From positions 31,024 to 95,023 of the forward strand of contig VMGF01000003.1 in the NCBI GenBank assembly GCA_007376445.1: a DNA stretch of 64,000 bases, read 5' to 3'. Each line of letters begins with the position of its first letter. Position 1 is the first letter of the stretch. The notes beneath the pieces are model-generated. The model worked only from the letters and a program-made list of their open reading frames with translations. It ran no database searches and was not told the DNA's origin. Below, piece by piece: positions 1 to 9,852 of this stretch. This DNA is from Parcubacteria group bacterium Gr01-1014_3. GTDB lineage: Bacteria; Patescibacteriota; Minisyncoccia; UBA6257; WO2-44-18. The position numbers were made by a program, and so were the translations under genes.

Positions 1-57
1 CGAATGATGGATTCGTAATTCGTTTATTCGCTTGTTCGTATTGATTCGATATTCGTA
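1..57. repeat. Imperfect ATTCG(T) tandem array, same unit as the arrays flanking the GxxExxY gene at 19019-19423
   Basis: attcgt-aattcgt-ttattcgc-ttgttcgt-attgattcga-tattcgt; truncated by window edge. Confidence 0.7.
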
Positions 58-60
58 ATA

Positions 61-525
61 TTACTTCTTTTTCGTGTAGTTTAAAACTATCTTCTGCCCA
101 TCCTTCATTACTAAATTACCCAATTCAAGGCTTGGCTTCTCATCCACGGTCATTACTACATCATATCCCTCTCGCTCAATGGTTTTACCCCAAAGGCCGA
201 AAAATTCTCCCAGCAGATAGTCGCGGGCAACCTGCGCCTCAATGTGAATAGTTCCGGTGGTGTCATGCATATGGATCGGACGGTGACAGCTACCCTCCAA
301 GCCAAGGTCGGCCGGAATCGGATCATCTTCGCCATCAACCAAAATTTTCAGCACTGGATGCCAGTGTAGGGCCAGCTGCACATTCGGGAGTAAGCAAGGC
401 AAGTTCGCGACATTCACGGTACTCGCGGTGCCGTTAGATCCGCCCTTTAATTTCGGCCCAACAAAAACTACCGCCATCACCAAAACTACCGCTCCAATTA
501 CCCAATTTTGATATTTGCTCATCAT
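61..525 (-). CDS. Membrane-anchored hypothetical protein with His-rich motifs
   Basis: N-terminal TM helix; HWH and IHMHDTTGTIHIE motifs. Confidence 0.75.
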   Translation of the reverse strand: MMSKYQNWVIGAVVLVMAVVFVGPKLKGGSNGTASTVNVANLPCLLPNVQLALHWHPVLKILVDGEDDPIPADLGLEGSCHRPIHMHDTTGTIHIEAQVARDYLLGEFFGLWGKTIEREGYDVVMTVDEKPSLELGNLVMKDGQKIVLNYTKKK

Positions 526-587
526 AGTGGTTTTATAGTAATATAAATCTGCTTAATGGGCAATTGCTCATTAACTTGCGGGGTGTC

Positions 588-627
588 CCATTAGACGATC
601 CCGCAATATTGCGGGATCGTCTAATGG
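588..627. repeat. Perfect 40-bp palindrome overlapping the tRNA-Gln 5' end
   Basis: ccattagacgatcccgcaat|attgcgggatcgtctaatgg. Confidence 0.95.
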
Positions 628-680
628 TAGGACGTCGCTCTCTGAAAGCGAAAATTTTGGTTCGATTCCAAGTCCCGCAG
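610..680 (+). tRNA. tRNA-Gln(CTG)
   Basis: Acceptor TGCGGGA/TCCCGCA, anticodon arm TCGCT-CTCTGAA-AGCGA, T loop TTCGATT; CCA not encoded. Confidence 0.93.
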
Positions 681-753
681 CATATAGAGTTGGCTTAGCG
701 AGGAACGAGCTTAGCAACTCTTATGCCCCGCCATAGGCGTGGGCAAAAAAACT

Positions 754-1011
754 ATGTACTATGTCTATATTCTTGAGTGCCAGGATAAAACGCTTTACAC
801 CGGAATTACTACCGATATCCAACGCCGTTTCAAAGAGCATAGTCTGGGAATAGGAAGCGCGTACACCAGGGCCAAAAAAGTAAATAAAGTTTTATATACC
901 GAGCAATTTAAAACAAGAAGCGAAGCTCAAAAGCGTGAAGCCGAAATCAAAAGCTGGCGCCGCGATAAAAAAATAAAATTAATAAAAAAGACCCGCAAGG
1001 TTTTACCTTGA
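754..1011 (+). CDS. Small GIY-YIG nuclease (UPF0213/YhbQ-like)
   Basis: YYVYIL..LYTGITTD..RRFKEH..A.KRE..IK; ATG 754 preferred over GTG 739; preceded by REP-like hairpins 681-744. Confidence 0.9.
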   Translation: MYYVYILECQDKTLYTGITTDIQRRFKEHSLGIGSAYTRAKKVNKVLYTEQFKTRSEAQKREAEIKSWRRDKKIKLIKKTRKVLP

Positions 1012-1026
1012 ACGGGTCTTCGTGAT

Positions 1027-1281
1027 TCAAACAGAATCCACGCACTGGCGGCAGTAAGCCGATCTGGGTTCGTCTGGGGCGAGTGCGTTGCCACAGTGAC
1101 TGCAAAATCTGTCAGCTGCGGGTTCCGGCAGTTTCGTCTTCGGCGGCTCTTCCACCTCGACTTTCACCTGCGGTGGATCATCCGCCGTGCAGTAGCTAGG
1201 ACACCAACCCTCGCCGTCCAACTCGCCACCACACCGGCTACAGTGCGTCGCGATCCATTCAACATATCCTGGTTTCGCCAC
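1027..1281 (-). CDS. Small double zinc-ribbon protein
   Basis: CSRC..CPSYC and CSHC..CRQC; AAAGGAGG before GTG 1281. Confidence 0.7.
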   Translation of the reverse strand: MAKPGYVEWIATHCSRCGGELDGEGWCPSYCTADDPPQVKVEVEEPPKTKLPEPAADRFCSHCGNALAPDEPRSAYCRQCVDSV

Positions 1282-1393
1282 GGGGCCTCCTTTCAATTCT
1301 TGGAATATTATAACTTATTTTTTAGCAACAGTCAATTCTATCCCCCCCCACTTTCTCCTTCCAAACTGCTTAAGAGCATTATATAATTCAATA

Positions 1394-1738
1394 ATGTCAG
1401 AAACATTTAATCCACAATCTCAAGAGCGCCCTCCTGAAGACCCCTTGAAAAAAGAGCGGATAGAAAACGTGACCAAAGCACTTACTGAGGCTGAGGCAAT
1501 TTTTGAAGCCGAGGGCAGAGAGAAGGCAAAGTCACTTTTGCCGAGAATTTACGATGATTTAATTGTGTTAAACAAAAGAAGCAAAGAAGAGTGGGAAACT
1601 GTCTGGGTTTGGAATTCAGACGGAGATTTGACTGAAGAAGAATTTAACTCCCTGGATCATCGTAGAAGGCTATTATCCAATGCTATTGGTATTCTGACAG
1701 CATCGGGCGAAATCAGGCACGATCTAAACAAAATTTAA
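1394..1738 (+). CDS. Hypothetical protein
   Basis: 114-aa ORF, TATAAT just upstream, ends at a terminator. Confidence 0.7.
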   Translation: MSETFNPQSQERPPEDPLKKERIENVTKALTEAEAIFEAEGREKAKSLLPRIYDDLIVLNKRSKEEWETVWVWNSDGDLTEEEFNSLDHRRRLLSNAIGILTASGEIRHDLNKI

Positions 1739-1741
1739 AAT

Positions 1742-1773
1742 AAAAAAGACCCGATAGCTACCGGGTCTTTTTT
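1742..1773. terminator. Bidirectional intrinsic terminator
   Basis: aaaaaagacccg-atagctac-cgggtcttttt between convergent genes. Confidence 0.85.
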
Positions 1774-3109
1774 ATCTCCCCCACTTCCTTCTTCCAAACT
1801 GCTTGCTTGGGCCGGAAAAACCACTCGGGCGAGAAGATGGGCGTCCACCGCCAAAACCTGGGCGGGGTGCTTGCCCGCCGTGGCGGGGACCACCAAAGCC
1901 TGGCCTGCGACCAAAACCGGGACGGCTACCAAAACCTGGCCGACCACCTTCAAAGGCTGGCCGAGCTAACCTAACCGGCGCGCGATGCGGCGGAAGCTGT
2001 GGAACTTTAGAAAGCGGCAAAGCGCCACGCATCAGACGCTCGATATCCCGGACATCACCCTTCTGATTCGGCTCGGCAAAAGAAATAGCGTGACCCTCTT
2101 CACCGGCCCGGCCTGTGCGGCCAATGCGATGGATATAATCCTCGGCGCTTTGCGGAAGATCAAAGTTAATGACCAGCTCGATGCCTTTTACATCAATACC
2201 GCGAGCGGCGATATCCGTGGCCACCAGAATCCGATAACGTCCATTTTTAAAACCCTCCAAGGCATCCCGGCGCTGGCCAAGAGAACGATTAGAATGCAGC
2301 TCTGCTACCGTGTACCCAAAGGTACGAACTGACACGGTGATCTTTTTGGCGCCATATTTTGTGCGAGTGAACACCAAGACTGAACCTTTATATTCGCCCA
2401 ATAATTTTTCTAAAAGACGGACTTTGTCCATTTTTTCCAAAAAGAAAAGCTCGTGAGTAACTTTAGCCGCGGCGGTGCCTTGCGGAGCTACTTCCACGCG
2501 AAGTGGCAACCTCATCACCGATTTTGCCATCGATACGATACTTTCCGGCATCGTCGCGGAGAAAAGCATGGTCTGTCGCTCACGCGGTACCACGGCAAGA
2601 ATACGATTTAATTGCGGCGCGAAACCCATGTCCAACATTCTATCCGCTTCATCCAATACCAAGACCTCCACACCAGAAAGCGAGACGGTCCTTTGCTGAA
2701 TATGATCCACGATCCTGCCCGGAGTGCCGATGATAATGTTCGGATTTTTCTTTAGCATGCTCATTTGACGGCTCATTGAGTCGCCACCGATCACGATCAC
2801 GGATTTCAAACCAAGCGGGCCGGCGATCTTTTCAAAAGTTTCATGAACTTGATAAGCCAATTCCCTAGTAGGCAAAACTACCAAGCCCAACTTGCCTTTA
2901 AGCGCGGCCTGGATCATCGGGATACCAAAAGCGAGCGTCTTACCGGTGCCGGTCTGCGCGATACCCATCAAATCCTTGCCCTCCAAGGCAGACGGAATAC
3001 ACCTCTCCTGAATCGGTGTTGGGGTCGTAAAATTGAGCTTATCTAGCAACGCTAAGATATTGGGAGCGATGCCTAATTTGTAAAAACCGGAAGATTCATT
3101 CACGCCCAT
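1772..3109 (-). CDS. DEAD-box RNA helicase (RhlE-like)
   Basis: AQTGTGKT, PTRELA, DEAD, SAT, HRIGRTGR; RPGFG-repeat tail. Confidence 0.95.
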   Translation of the reverse strand: MGVNESSGFYKLGIAPNILALLDKLNFTTPTPIQERCIPSALEGKDLMGIAQTGTGKTLAFGIPMIQAALKGKLGLVVLPTRELAYQVHETFEKIAGPLGLKSVIVIGGDSMSRQMSMLKKNPNIIIGTPGRIVDHIQQRTVSLSGVEVLVLDEADRMLDMGFAPQLNRILAVVPRERQTMLFSATMPESIVSMAKSVMRLPLRVEVAPQGTAAAKVTHELFFLEKMDKVRLLEKLLGEYKGSVLVFTRTKYGAKKITVSVRTFGYTVAELHSNRSLGQRRDALEGFKNGRYRILVATDIAARGIDVKGIELVINFDLPQSAEDYIHRIGRTGRAGEEGHAISFAEPNQKGDVRDIERLMRGALPLSKVPQLPPHRAPVRLARPAFEGGRPGFGSRPGFGRRPGFGGPRHGGQAPRPGFGGGRPSSRPSGFSGPSKQFGRRKWGR

Positions 3110-3154
3110 AGTCTACCATAAAACTGGATAAAATGCACGCATTCCTATATTATC

Positions 3155-3631
3155 TTGAATAAGATGACTATTCGGATAGCAAATAAACAAGATCTTCCCT
3201 CGATCCTCAAAATGGCTTCGGAGATGATCGATTATCATCATTCGCTGGATAAGTACTACAAGCCATCCGCGGACTATAAAAATCTGGAGGAAACGATGAC
3301 TGCCGACCTCAACGATAAAGATGTCGTGTTTTTAATCGCCGAGGAAAATGGAAAGACTCTAGGCTATATCCGCGGCGTAGTGGAATCGGCGCCGGAGTAC
3401 ATCAAACCGAAAAAGATCGGCGTGGTTTTTGACGCTTTCGTGGAAGATAACGCGCGCGAAAGTGGGATCGGAAAACAGCTTTTTGAAGAACTGAAAAAAT
3501 GGTTCGCCACCAAAAAAGTTAAACACCTGGAGTTGAGCGTGGACGCCCGCAACTCCGCCGGTATCGCCTTTTGGAAAAAGCTCGGCTTCTCGGATTACAA
3601 ACTCCGCCTGCGCCAAGAACTCAATGATTAG
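3155..3631 (+). CDS. GNAT N-acetyltransferase
   Basis: V...R.SGIGKQL and N..GIAFWKKLGF motifs; start may be ATG 3164. Confidence 0.85.
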   Translation: MNKMTIRIANKQDLPSILKMASEMIDYHHSLDKYYKPSADYKNLEETMTADLNDKDVVFLIAEENGKTLGYIRGVVESAPEYIKPKKIGVVFDAFVEDNARESGIGKQLFEELKKWFATKKVKHLELSVDARNSAGIAFWKKLGFSDYKLRLRQELND

Positions 3632-5171
3632 TCTTAAAAGCTGGGGCGTGCCTTTCCTGGCCCTGCTGGCGATAATCGCTTTTTTCCAGTTCGTCTCACC
3701 CAATATCCCCGAATCCGACAGCTTCTACTATATGGGCCTCGGCGCTCTTTATAGCGAACAGGGTATTTTCAACGTGGATTTCCCTTGGATCTTCCACTCC
3801 ACCATCCACACATTCTCTTCCTCGCTCTGGTGGGGGTTTGGAGTGGTGATGCTCCCTTTTTCCCTGCTACCGGACCAATTGCTAGCGATTAAAATTGCCG
3901 GCCTGATCTTCGGTTCGCTGGCGCTTTACGCCTACTATTATGTATCGCGGCGAGAAGATTTAGTGATGCCGCTTTTCTGGCCATTTCTGCTTTTCTTTTC
4001 GGCTCCCAATATCCTCTCCCGCTTCCTGATGGTGCGCCCGCAGATCATCTCCTTGCCGCTGAGCTTTTTATTGTTCTCCGGCCTGCTTAATAATCAATCC
4101 TGGCTGGTTTTCCTCGCTTCTTTTGGCATTGCCTGGTTCCATCTTAACTTTGCCTGGGTGCCGATAATGCTTTTGGTAATCGTGATGACGGCAAAATTAT
4201 TTTTCGAGAAATCTTTTAACTGGAAACCGGCTATGGCCGTGCTGAGCGGCGTACTTTTGGGCTGGGTCGCCCGCCCACAATTCTGGAACGCGGCCAATCT
4301 TTTTTATATCCAGATCTTCCAGCAAATCTTTGAGAAGCAGGGTGGCCTACCGCTTCTTTTTGGCAAAGAAAACCTCCCCCTCCCAGCCTCGATTCTATTC
4401 GGCAATTTTCTTATTATCCTAATCCTTTGGCTTGCCGTGATCGGCGTTGCCGCCTGGATGAGTTCGCGTTCCAGCCGATTTCAGTTGGGAGCCAAAGAAA
4501 AGATAACTCTTTGGACCAGTATAGCGATCTCCTCGATCTTCTTTTTGCTTTCTATTGTAGTGGCGCGCCGAGCCTATGATTTCTGGGTCGCTTTTGGCGT
4601 GCTCGCCATCGCCATGGCCTATTCGATTATTGTCCGGAACTCCACTCACCTACGTCTCCAATCGCTCGCTAACAATCTTATGATCGGCCTTTGGGCCGCG
4701 CTGGTTTTCCTGGCCTTATTCTCGGGTATTAAAATAATCGACGCCCTGAAACAAAGTTACGCGCCAAATGAACTCCAGGAAGTCTCCCTCTGGCTCAAGA
4801 GCAACTCCAAGCCAGGCGAGATCGTTTTTAATCTTCACTGGGCCGACTTCTCGCCGCTCTTTTTCTGGAATCGGAATAATTATTATGTTGGTGGCCTGGA
4901 TCCGATCTTCCAGTACTCCTATGACCCAAGTCTTTACTGGAAATTCCACTATCTTTCTACTGACCAAGTTACCAAAAAAACCTGCGGTGCTATCGAATGC
5001 ACCTCGGATCAACTCGTGGATACCTACGGTGTTTTGAAAAATGATTTTAACGCGAAATATGTCGTGCTGACTAAAAAAGAAAATCCAGCGGTCTTCCAAT
5101 ACCTCTCCTCTGACTCGCATTATGTAAAAAGTTTTGAGACTGAGAAGGAGGCGGTGTTTTTTATTAAATAA
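3624..5171 (+). CDS. Multi-pass membrane protein, GT-C glycosyltransferase-like
   Basis: Many TM helices; acidic first loop PESDSFYY; RPQ motif; C-terminal soluble domain. Confidence 0.7.
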   Translation: MISLKSWGVPFLALLAIIAFFQFVSPNIPESDSFYYMGLGALYSEQGIFNVDFPWIFHSTIHTFSSSLWWGFGVVMLPFSLLPDQLLAIKIAGLIFGSLALYAYYYVSRREDLVMPLFWPFLLFFSAPNILSRFLMVRPQIISLPLSFLLFSGLLNNQSWLVFLASFGIAWFHLNFAWVPIMLLVIVMTAKLFFEKSFNWKPAMAVLSGVLLGWVARPQFWNAANLFYIQIFQQIFEKQGGLPLLFGKENLPLPASILFGNFLIILILWLAVIGVAAWMSSRSSRFQLGAKEKITLWTSIAISSIFFLLSIVVARRAYDFWVAFGVLAIAMAYSIIVRNSTHLRLQSLANNLMIGLWAALVFLALFSGIKIIDALKQSYAPNELQEVSLWLKSNSKPGEIVFNLHWADFSPLFFWNRNNYYVGGLDPIFQYSYDPSLYWKFHYLSTDQVTKKTCGAIECTSDQLVDTYGVLKNDFNAKYVVLTKKENPAVFQYLSSDSHYVKSFETEKEAVFFIK

Positions 5172-5201
5172 AAAGCCCGGTCGAATGACCGGGTGGTTTT
5201 T

Positions 5202-6059
5202 TTAACTTGGAAGCTTTCTGGAAACGCCGACGGCGAATGGGGGTGTTAATGGGGCGCTATCACCAGCCGCAAACGACTTCCGGCTTGCTGGCCACGCCGG
5301 AAGTAGCTTTAAATCGAGCTCAATCGAAACAACCAACTCGGCCACCTGACTATGATCAAGTTTGTCCATACAGCCATAAGAGATTTTTTCCTCAAGAACT
5401 GAAATCCCTTTTGTGCGCATGATAAACACCTTGACCAATTCTTCGATAAAATAGGATTGCTCATATCCGTCGGGTAAATGGTCTAGCCGCGATTTCCAAT
5501 CATATCCGCCGCCAACCCACAAATGCGGCAGAATCGGCATCAGATACCAGCGAAGATCGCAGGTCTGTTTCTGCAAACGATCTGGCTGAATTCCAAAATG
5601 TACAAAACCAAATGACGCGTAAAGCATAGATACACGCCTGGGCTTCATGGGGTGCTGGCCATCGCTATCAAGGCCCAGAAAAGCGATATGCGTCTCGCGA
5701 ATAGTTTTGCCTTTCACAAAGGGGCAGGATGAATTGAGAACATCCGCGTCCCATGGGAATTTCGCCGCCGCGGCAAGCATGGTCTTATTAAACTTCACCT
5801 GGAAGTGTCTTTCCCAATCTTCCACGCCGAAGAAGTTCTCGGCCATAACGGCTTTCACGACCTTGTAGTCCATCGGCATATCCACTCCGCCACGGATCAT
5901 GCACTCGGCAACCTTTTTCGCGTACATCTTATCGGTCGCCAATCTCTCGAGGTGCTTCACTTCCATGCCCTGATCCACCAGCGCATCCATACAATTCAAA
6001 AGCAGCTTAAAGCTCATATTACCAACCGCGCGATCATCTTTCTCTGGCTTCACAGCCAC
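5202..6059 (-). CDS. Hypothetical protein
   Basis: 285-aa ORF with GGAGG SD (true start may be GTG 6053) and its own terminator. Confidence 0.75.
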   Translation of the reverse strand: MAVKPEKDDRAVGNMSFKLLLNCMDALVDQGMEVKHLERLATDKMYAKKVAECMIRGGVDMPMDYKVVKAVMAENFFGVEDWERHFQVKFNKTMLAAAAKFPWDADVLNSSCPFVKGKTIRETHIAFLGLDSDGQHPMKPRRVSMLYASFGFVHFGIQPDRLQKQTCDLRWYLMPILPHLWVGGGYDWKSRLDHLPDGYEQSYFIEELVKVFIMRTKGISVLEEKISYGCMDKLDHSQVAELVVSIELDLKLLPAWPASRKSFAAGDSAPLTPPFAVGVSRKLPS

Positions 6060-6120
6060 CTCCTCAAATAGTTAAAGTTCCGACTAGATATTACAATAAT
6101 AACTTGCTTTTGACAATATA

Positions 6121-6236
6121 AATTTTCAATTCGCAATTTTACAATTTTCAATCAATTTCCAAGCATGAATTTTCAAATAGTTTGAACTTTCGGTCTTGAC
6201 CCTTGAATGAAAATTGGTATTTGAAAATTGAGAATT
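6121..6236. repeat. AT-rich fold-back array (AATTTTCA units then TGAAAATT units), type A
   Basis: Shares GGTCTTGA....TTGAATGAAAATTGGTATTTG.AAATTGA with 47369-47515. Confidence 0.8.
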
Positions 6237-6245
6237 AAAGAACAT

Positions 6246-7154
6246 TTAAACTTTCAAATATCTTCGCACCGCAATCGTGCTAGAAACTCCGCCAAGAAAA
6301 ATACCAAATAAAAGCTGATAGCCAAACAATATCGGTAAATTACCAAAGAAGTAATTTGTCAGATTCATCTCCGGAATGAACGCGCCGACATAAGGCGAGG
6401 CCAGCGAAACTATCGGCGCCGCGATCATCAAGCTAATTACCGCGGCAATAGCTCCGTAAATAATGCCGTTCACCAGATAAGGCCCATTGATATACATATT
6501 AGAGGAACCCACCAGACGCATAATGCCGATCTCTTCGCGGTTGGAATAGATAGCGAGGCGGATGCTGTTGAAAGTCACCAAGGCGGCGATTAGCGCCAAG
6601 AACATCGTGGCTACCAAGCCAGAGTTCTGGAAGGTATCGATCAGGCGCGCCAAGCGATCAATCGCCAGGCGGTTTTCTGTATAGCTAACCTTTTCAATAA
6701 TCGAAGCCAGATTTTCATTGTCCAAATATTCCACGATGTTGGCATACTGCCCAGGATCATTCGCCTTAACATTCAACGCTGCGAGCAAAGGGTTGGCCTG
6801 CAATTCCGCGAGAGCCTGGGAAACGGTCGGATCATCTTTGTGGTCGTTTTTAAATATCTCTAAGGCCTTTTCTTGAGAAATATATTCCACGCTTTTTACT
6901 TCGACGAGACTTTCCATCGCCCGCTCTAATTTCAAAATTTCATCCTCTTTAGCTACATCTTTAAAATAAACGCTGATATCAATCTTGTCCTGAATTGAAG
7001 TCACCGCCACGCGGGAAATGGCGCTGAAAATGATCAGTCCGTTAAAAACTATCAGAGCCAAGATTAAGACAGCGATGGTGGTGATCGAAAGCCAGCCATT
7101 GCGGCTGAAGCTTTGAAGTCCAAACTTAATTATTCTCGCGAGTGTAGTTGCCAT
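6246..7154 (-). CDS. ftsX: Cell division permease FtsX
   Basis: NSIRLAIYSNREEIGIMRLVGSS; next to ftsE. Confidence 0.95.
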   Translation of the reverse strand: MATTLARIIKFGLQSFSRNGWLSITTIAVLILALIVFNGLIIFSAISRVAVTSIQDKIDISVYFKDVAKEDEILKLERAMESLVEVKSVEYISQEKALEIFKNDHKDDPTVSQALAELQANPLLAALNVKANDPGQYANIVEYLDNENLASIIEKVSYTENRLAIDRLARLIDTFQNSGLVATMFLALIAALVTFNSIRLAIYSNREEIGIMRLVGSSNMYINGPYLVNGIIYGAIAAVISLMIAAPIVSLASPYVGAFIPEMNLTNYFFGNLPILFGYQLLFGIFLGGVSSTIAVRRYLKV

Positions 7155-7158
7155 ATCT

Positions 7159-7839
7159 TTAATCTAGTATATATCTCCCACCCTCTTCATCTTTAATAAT
7201 TTTACCATTATCCAGGGTAATCACGCGGCGGCGAATCTTGTTGATGATTTCTTTGCTATGTGTCGCTAAAACCACCGTGGTGCCAAGTTCATTTATTTTT
7301 AAAAGCAGATTCACGATCTCCCAGGTATTATGCGGGTCCAAATTGCCGGTCGGCTCGTCGGCGATGATCACATCCGGGCGATGCACCATGGCGCGGGCGA
7401 TCGCCACCCTCTGCTTCATGCCGCCGGAAAGTTCGTGCGGGAAGCTATGCTGTTTATCCTTTAGGCCAACCATATCCAATACCTGCGGGACCAGCTCTTC
7501 GATCTCGTGCTCCGGACAGCCATTAACTTCCATCGCGAAGGCCACGTTTTCATACGCCGTCCTGGTTGGAAGTAGTTTAAAATCCTGGAACACGATACCG
7601 ATCTTCCTCCGAAGATCCGGTAGCTCTCTCATGCTTAGTTTATTCACCTCGGCAGAGCCGAAAAGAACCCTGCCTTGATTCGGTTTTTCTTCGGCAATAA
7701 GGAGCTTTACGATCGTGGACTTACCGGCGCCGGACTTACCCACCAAAGAAACAAACTCGCCAGGCGCGACTTTAAAGGAAATGTCGTCCAAAATCATCGA
7801 ATTGCCGTATTTTTTGGTTACTCCGTGGAAAGCTATCAT
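7159..7839 (-). CDS. ftsE: Cell division ATPase FtsE
   Basis: GKSGAGKST, VFQDFKLL, LSGG, ADEPTGNLD. Confidence 0.95.
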   Translation of the reverse strand: MIAFHGVTKKYGNSMILDDISFKVAPGEFVSLVGKSGAGKSTIVKLLIAEEKPNQGRVLFGSAEVNKLSMRELPDLRRKIGIVFQDFKLLPTRTAYENVAFAMEVNGCPEHEIEELVPQVLDMVGLKDKQHSFPHELSGGMKQRVAIARAMVHRPDVIIADEPTGNLDPHNTWEIVNLLLKINELGTTVVLATHSKEIINKIRRRVITLDNGKIIKDEEGGRYILD

Positions 7840-7882
7840 AGTAGTAATCGCAAATATACAAATAAAAGATTAATATTGCGAA

Positions 7883-8293
7883 TTAAGCTACCGACGAATT
7901 CAAAATACGTCGATATTTAACTCCCTCTCTCGTAAAATATAGCAGAATTCCTAGCTTTAGACCAGCGCTTCGTAAATAAGTCAAAACCTGCTGAGTATGC
8001 ACATAACCAAACTTTTGAACGACTTTTAACTCCAAGAGAATTTTGTCATCTACAATAAAATCCGCAAAATACTTACCTATATTTTTAGCTTTGTATTCGA
8101 GCGGAATATAAACTTCCCGCTTAAATTCTAGGCCTTGTGTTTTCAATTCTTCAGCTAAAGCTCTTTGATAATCCTTTTCTGTAAATCCCCAACCTAATTC
8201 ATTAAAAACATCAAAAACAGCGCCTACAATTTTATAACTTAGCTCCGGTAAAATTACCTTATCAGCTTTTTCTATTTGCAATATTTTGTTCAT
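7883..8293 (-). CDS. GxxExxY protein (PD-(D/E)XK nuclease-like)
   Basis: GFTEKDY, ADFIVDDKILLELK. Confidence 0.9.
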   Translation of the reverse strand: MNKILQIEKADKVILPELSYKIVGAVFDVFNELGWGFTEKDYQRALAEELKTQGLEFKREVYIPLEYKAKNIGKYFADFIVDDKILLELKVVQKFGYVHTQQVLTYLRSAGLKLGILLYFTREGVKYRRILNSSVA

Positions 8294-8312
8294 AAATTCG
8301 CAATATTAGCGA

Positions 8313-9041
8313 TTACTCCAACTGTAGCTCTGCCTCCACAAACTTGTCGAGCTCTCCATCTAAAACCCGGTCCGGCTGGCGGTGCTCCACGTTTGTGCGG
8401 TGATCTTTGACCAGCTGATATGGATTCAGCACGTAAGATCGGATCTGATTCCCCCACTCCGGCTTTACTTTGGTGCGAAGCTCGGAAAGGGTTTGCTTCT
8501 GATTGGCGATCATCAACGCCAATAGCTTGGATTTCAAAAGCTGCATCGCCTTTTCCCGGTTCTGCGGCTGTGAACGCTCAGCCTGCGAAGCCGCGGCCAG
8601 GCCAGTCGGTAAATGAACAATGCGCATGGCCGTCTCGCGTTTATTTACATTCTGACCACCCGGCCCGCTGGAGCGCGACATTTCCAATTTCAAATCTTCC
8701 GGCGGGATCACGAGCTTACGATGTTCAATGTCCGGAAAGATCGGAACTATTTCCACCAGGGCAAACGAAGTATGGCGGAGTTTTTTGGAAGAAAATGGCG
8801 AAATTCGGACGAGCCGATGCACGCCCATTTCTTTTTTCAGCGTTCCATAGACAAATTCACCTTTTATTTCCATCGCGCGATCATCCACGATCGAAGTTTT
8901 CCAGCCCCGCTTTTCCGCGTACTTCAAATACATCTTAAAAAGCATATTCGCCCAATCCTTGGCGTCATCCCCGCCCACGCCGGCGTGAATAGTTAAGTGG
9001 ACTGGGCCGTGATCATATTTTCCTGTCAGGGGCTTAAACAT
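8313..9041 (-). CDS. prfB: Peptide chain release factor 2, lacking N-terminal domain
   Basis: GVHRLVRISPF, GGQ, WGNQIRSY; upstream of ftsEX. Confidence 0.9.
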   Translation of the reverse strand: MFKPLTGKYDHGPVHLTIHAGVGGDDAKDWANMLFKMYLKYAEKRGWKTSIVDDRAMEIKGEFVYGTLKKEMGVHRLVRISPFSSKKLRHTSFALVEIVPIFPDIEHRKLVIPPEDLKLEMSRSSGPGGQNVNKRETAMRIVHLPTGLAAASQAERSQPQNREKAMQLLKSKLLALMIANQKQTLSELRTKVKPEWGNQIRSYVLNPYQLVKDHRTNVEHRQPDRVLDGELDKFVEAELQLE

Positions 9042-9852
9042 TGATTTTGAAAAGTTTCGCGGCGTTTTTATACATTACATATTCCATATCCGTCTTGGAA
9101 ATTCCCAGCTTTTTCACATATTTAATATATTCTTTCGGACCAGCGAGCGGCCAATCCGTGCCGAAAATAAGTTTACGGGGCGTCTGTGAATACGCGATCA
9201 GCTCCTTGATCTTCTGTATCGTCATTTTGCCATAAGGCGAGTTAAACCCGTCATGCAAAAACAAACCGGAAATATCGGCATAAACATTCGGATTCCTATA
9301 CAGAACTTCGGCGCAGTCCATCATCCAGGGATTCCCAAGATGCGCTATCACTATCTTTAGATTCGGAAAATCTACTGCCACCTCATCAACACCGAGCGGA
9401 TGCGCGTATTTCACTTTCGCGAAAGTCTTGTAGGCGAGCGTGTCTCCTGTATGGAAAATTACTGGTACGCCCAGTCGGTCGCACATTTCATAGATCGGTC
9501 GCGCGACCGAATCGCCTGGATAGAAATGCTGATAACCGAGGTAAAGTTTAACTCCGACGATCTTTTTCAGCCGGATCAAAACCTCCAGCCGATCCAAATC
9601 TTGCTTGGTGTATTCAGACACGTTCAAAGAACCAATCACATGCAGATTTGAAAGTTCTTCGGTTAATTTGATAAGCGTGTCCGTGGAGGGACCAGTGCCA
9701 TCCTCGCCTCGCCAATTCGCGATCACCAACGCGTGATCCACTTTATTCTTCTTCATCTCCGCTAAAAGAGCGCTTCTTATTTCTTCATAGGACTTTTTAG
9801 CGAACGGAGTATTTTCCAGCTTTGTTATGTGTGTGTGCGCGTCTATGATCAT
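9034..9852 (-). CDS. Amidohydrolase_2 family protein
   Basis: IDAHTH, FHTG, AHLG, FGTDWP. Confidence 0.9.
   Translation of the reverse strand: MIIDAHTHITKLENTPFAKKSYEEIRSALLAEMKKNKVDHALVIANWRGEDGTGPSTDTLIKLTEELSNLHVIGSLNVSEYTKQDLDRLEVLIRLKKIVGVKLYLGYQHFYPGDSVARPIYEMCDRLGVPVIFHTGDTLAYKTFAKVKYAHPLGVDEVAVDFPNLKIVIAHLGNPWMMDCAEVLYRNPNVYADISGLFLHDGFNSPYGKMTIQKIKELIAYSQTPRKLIFGTDWPLAGPKEYIKYVKKLGISKTDMEYVMYKNAAKLFKINV

Noticed and set aside
1-57. ATTCG and AT-rich arrays as CRISPR
   Set aside because: Units are 7-9 bp with no unique spacers and no cas genes.
1803-1960. RPGFG repeats at the helicase 3' end
   Set aside because: Ordinary low-complexity Arg/Gly tail of DEAD-box helicases.
9030-9045. 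GTT-TAA at the amidohydrolase end with prfB in the +1 frame, resembling the RF2 frameshift
   Set aside because: Not CTT-TGA, no internal SD, and the upstream ORF is not RF2 sequence; an ordinary overlap with its own ATG.
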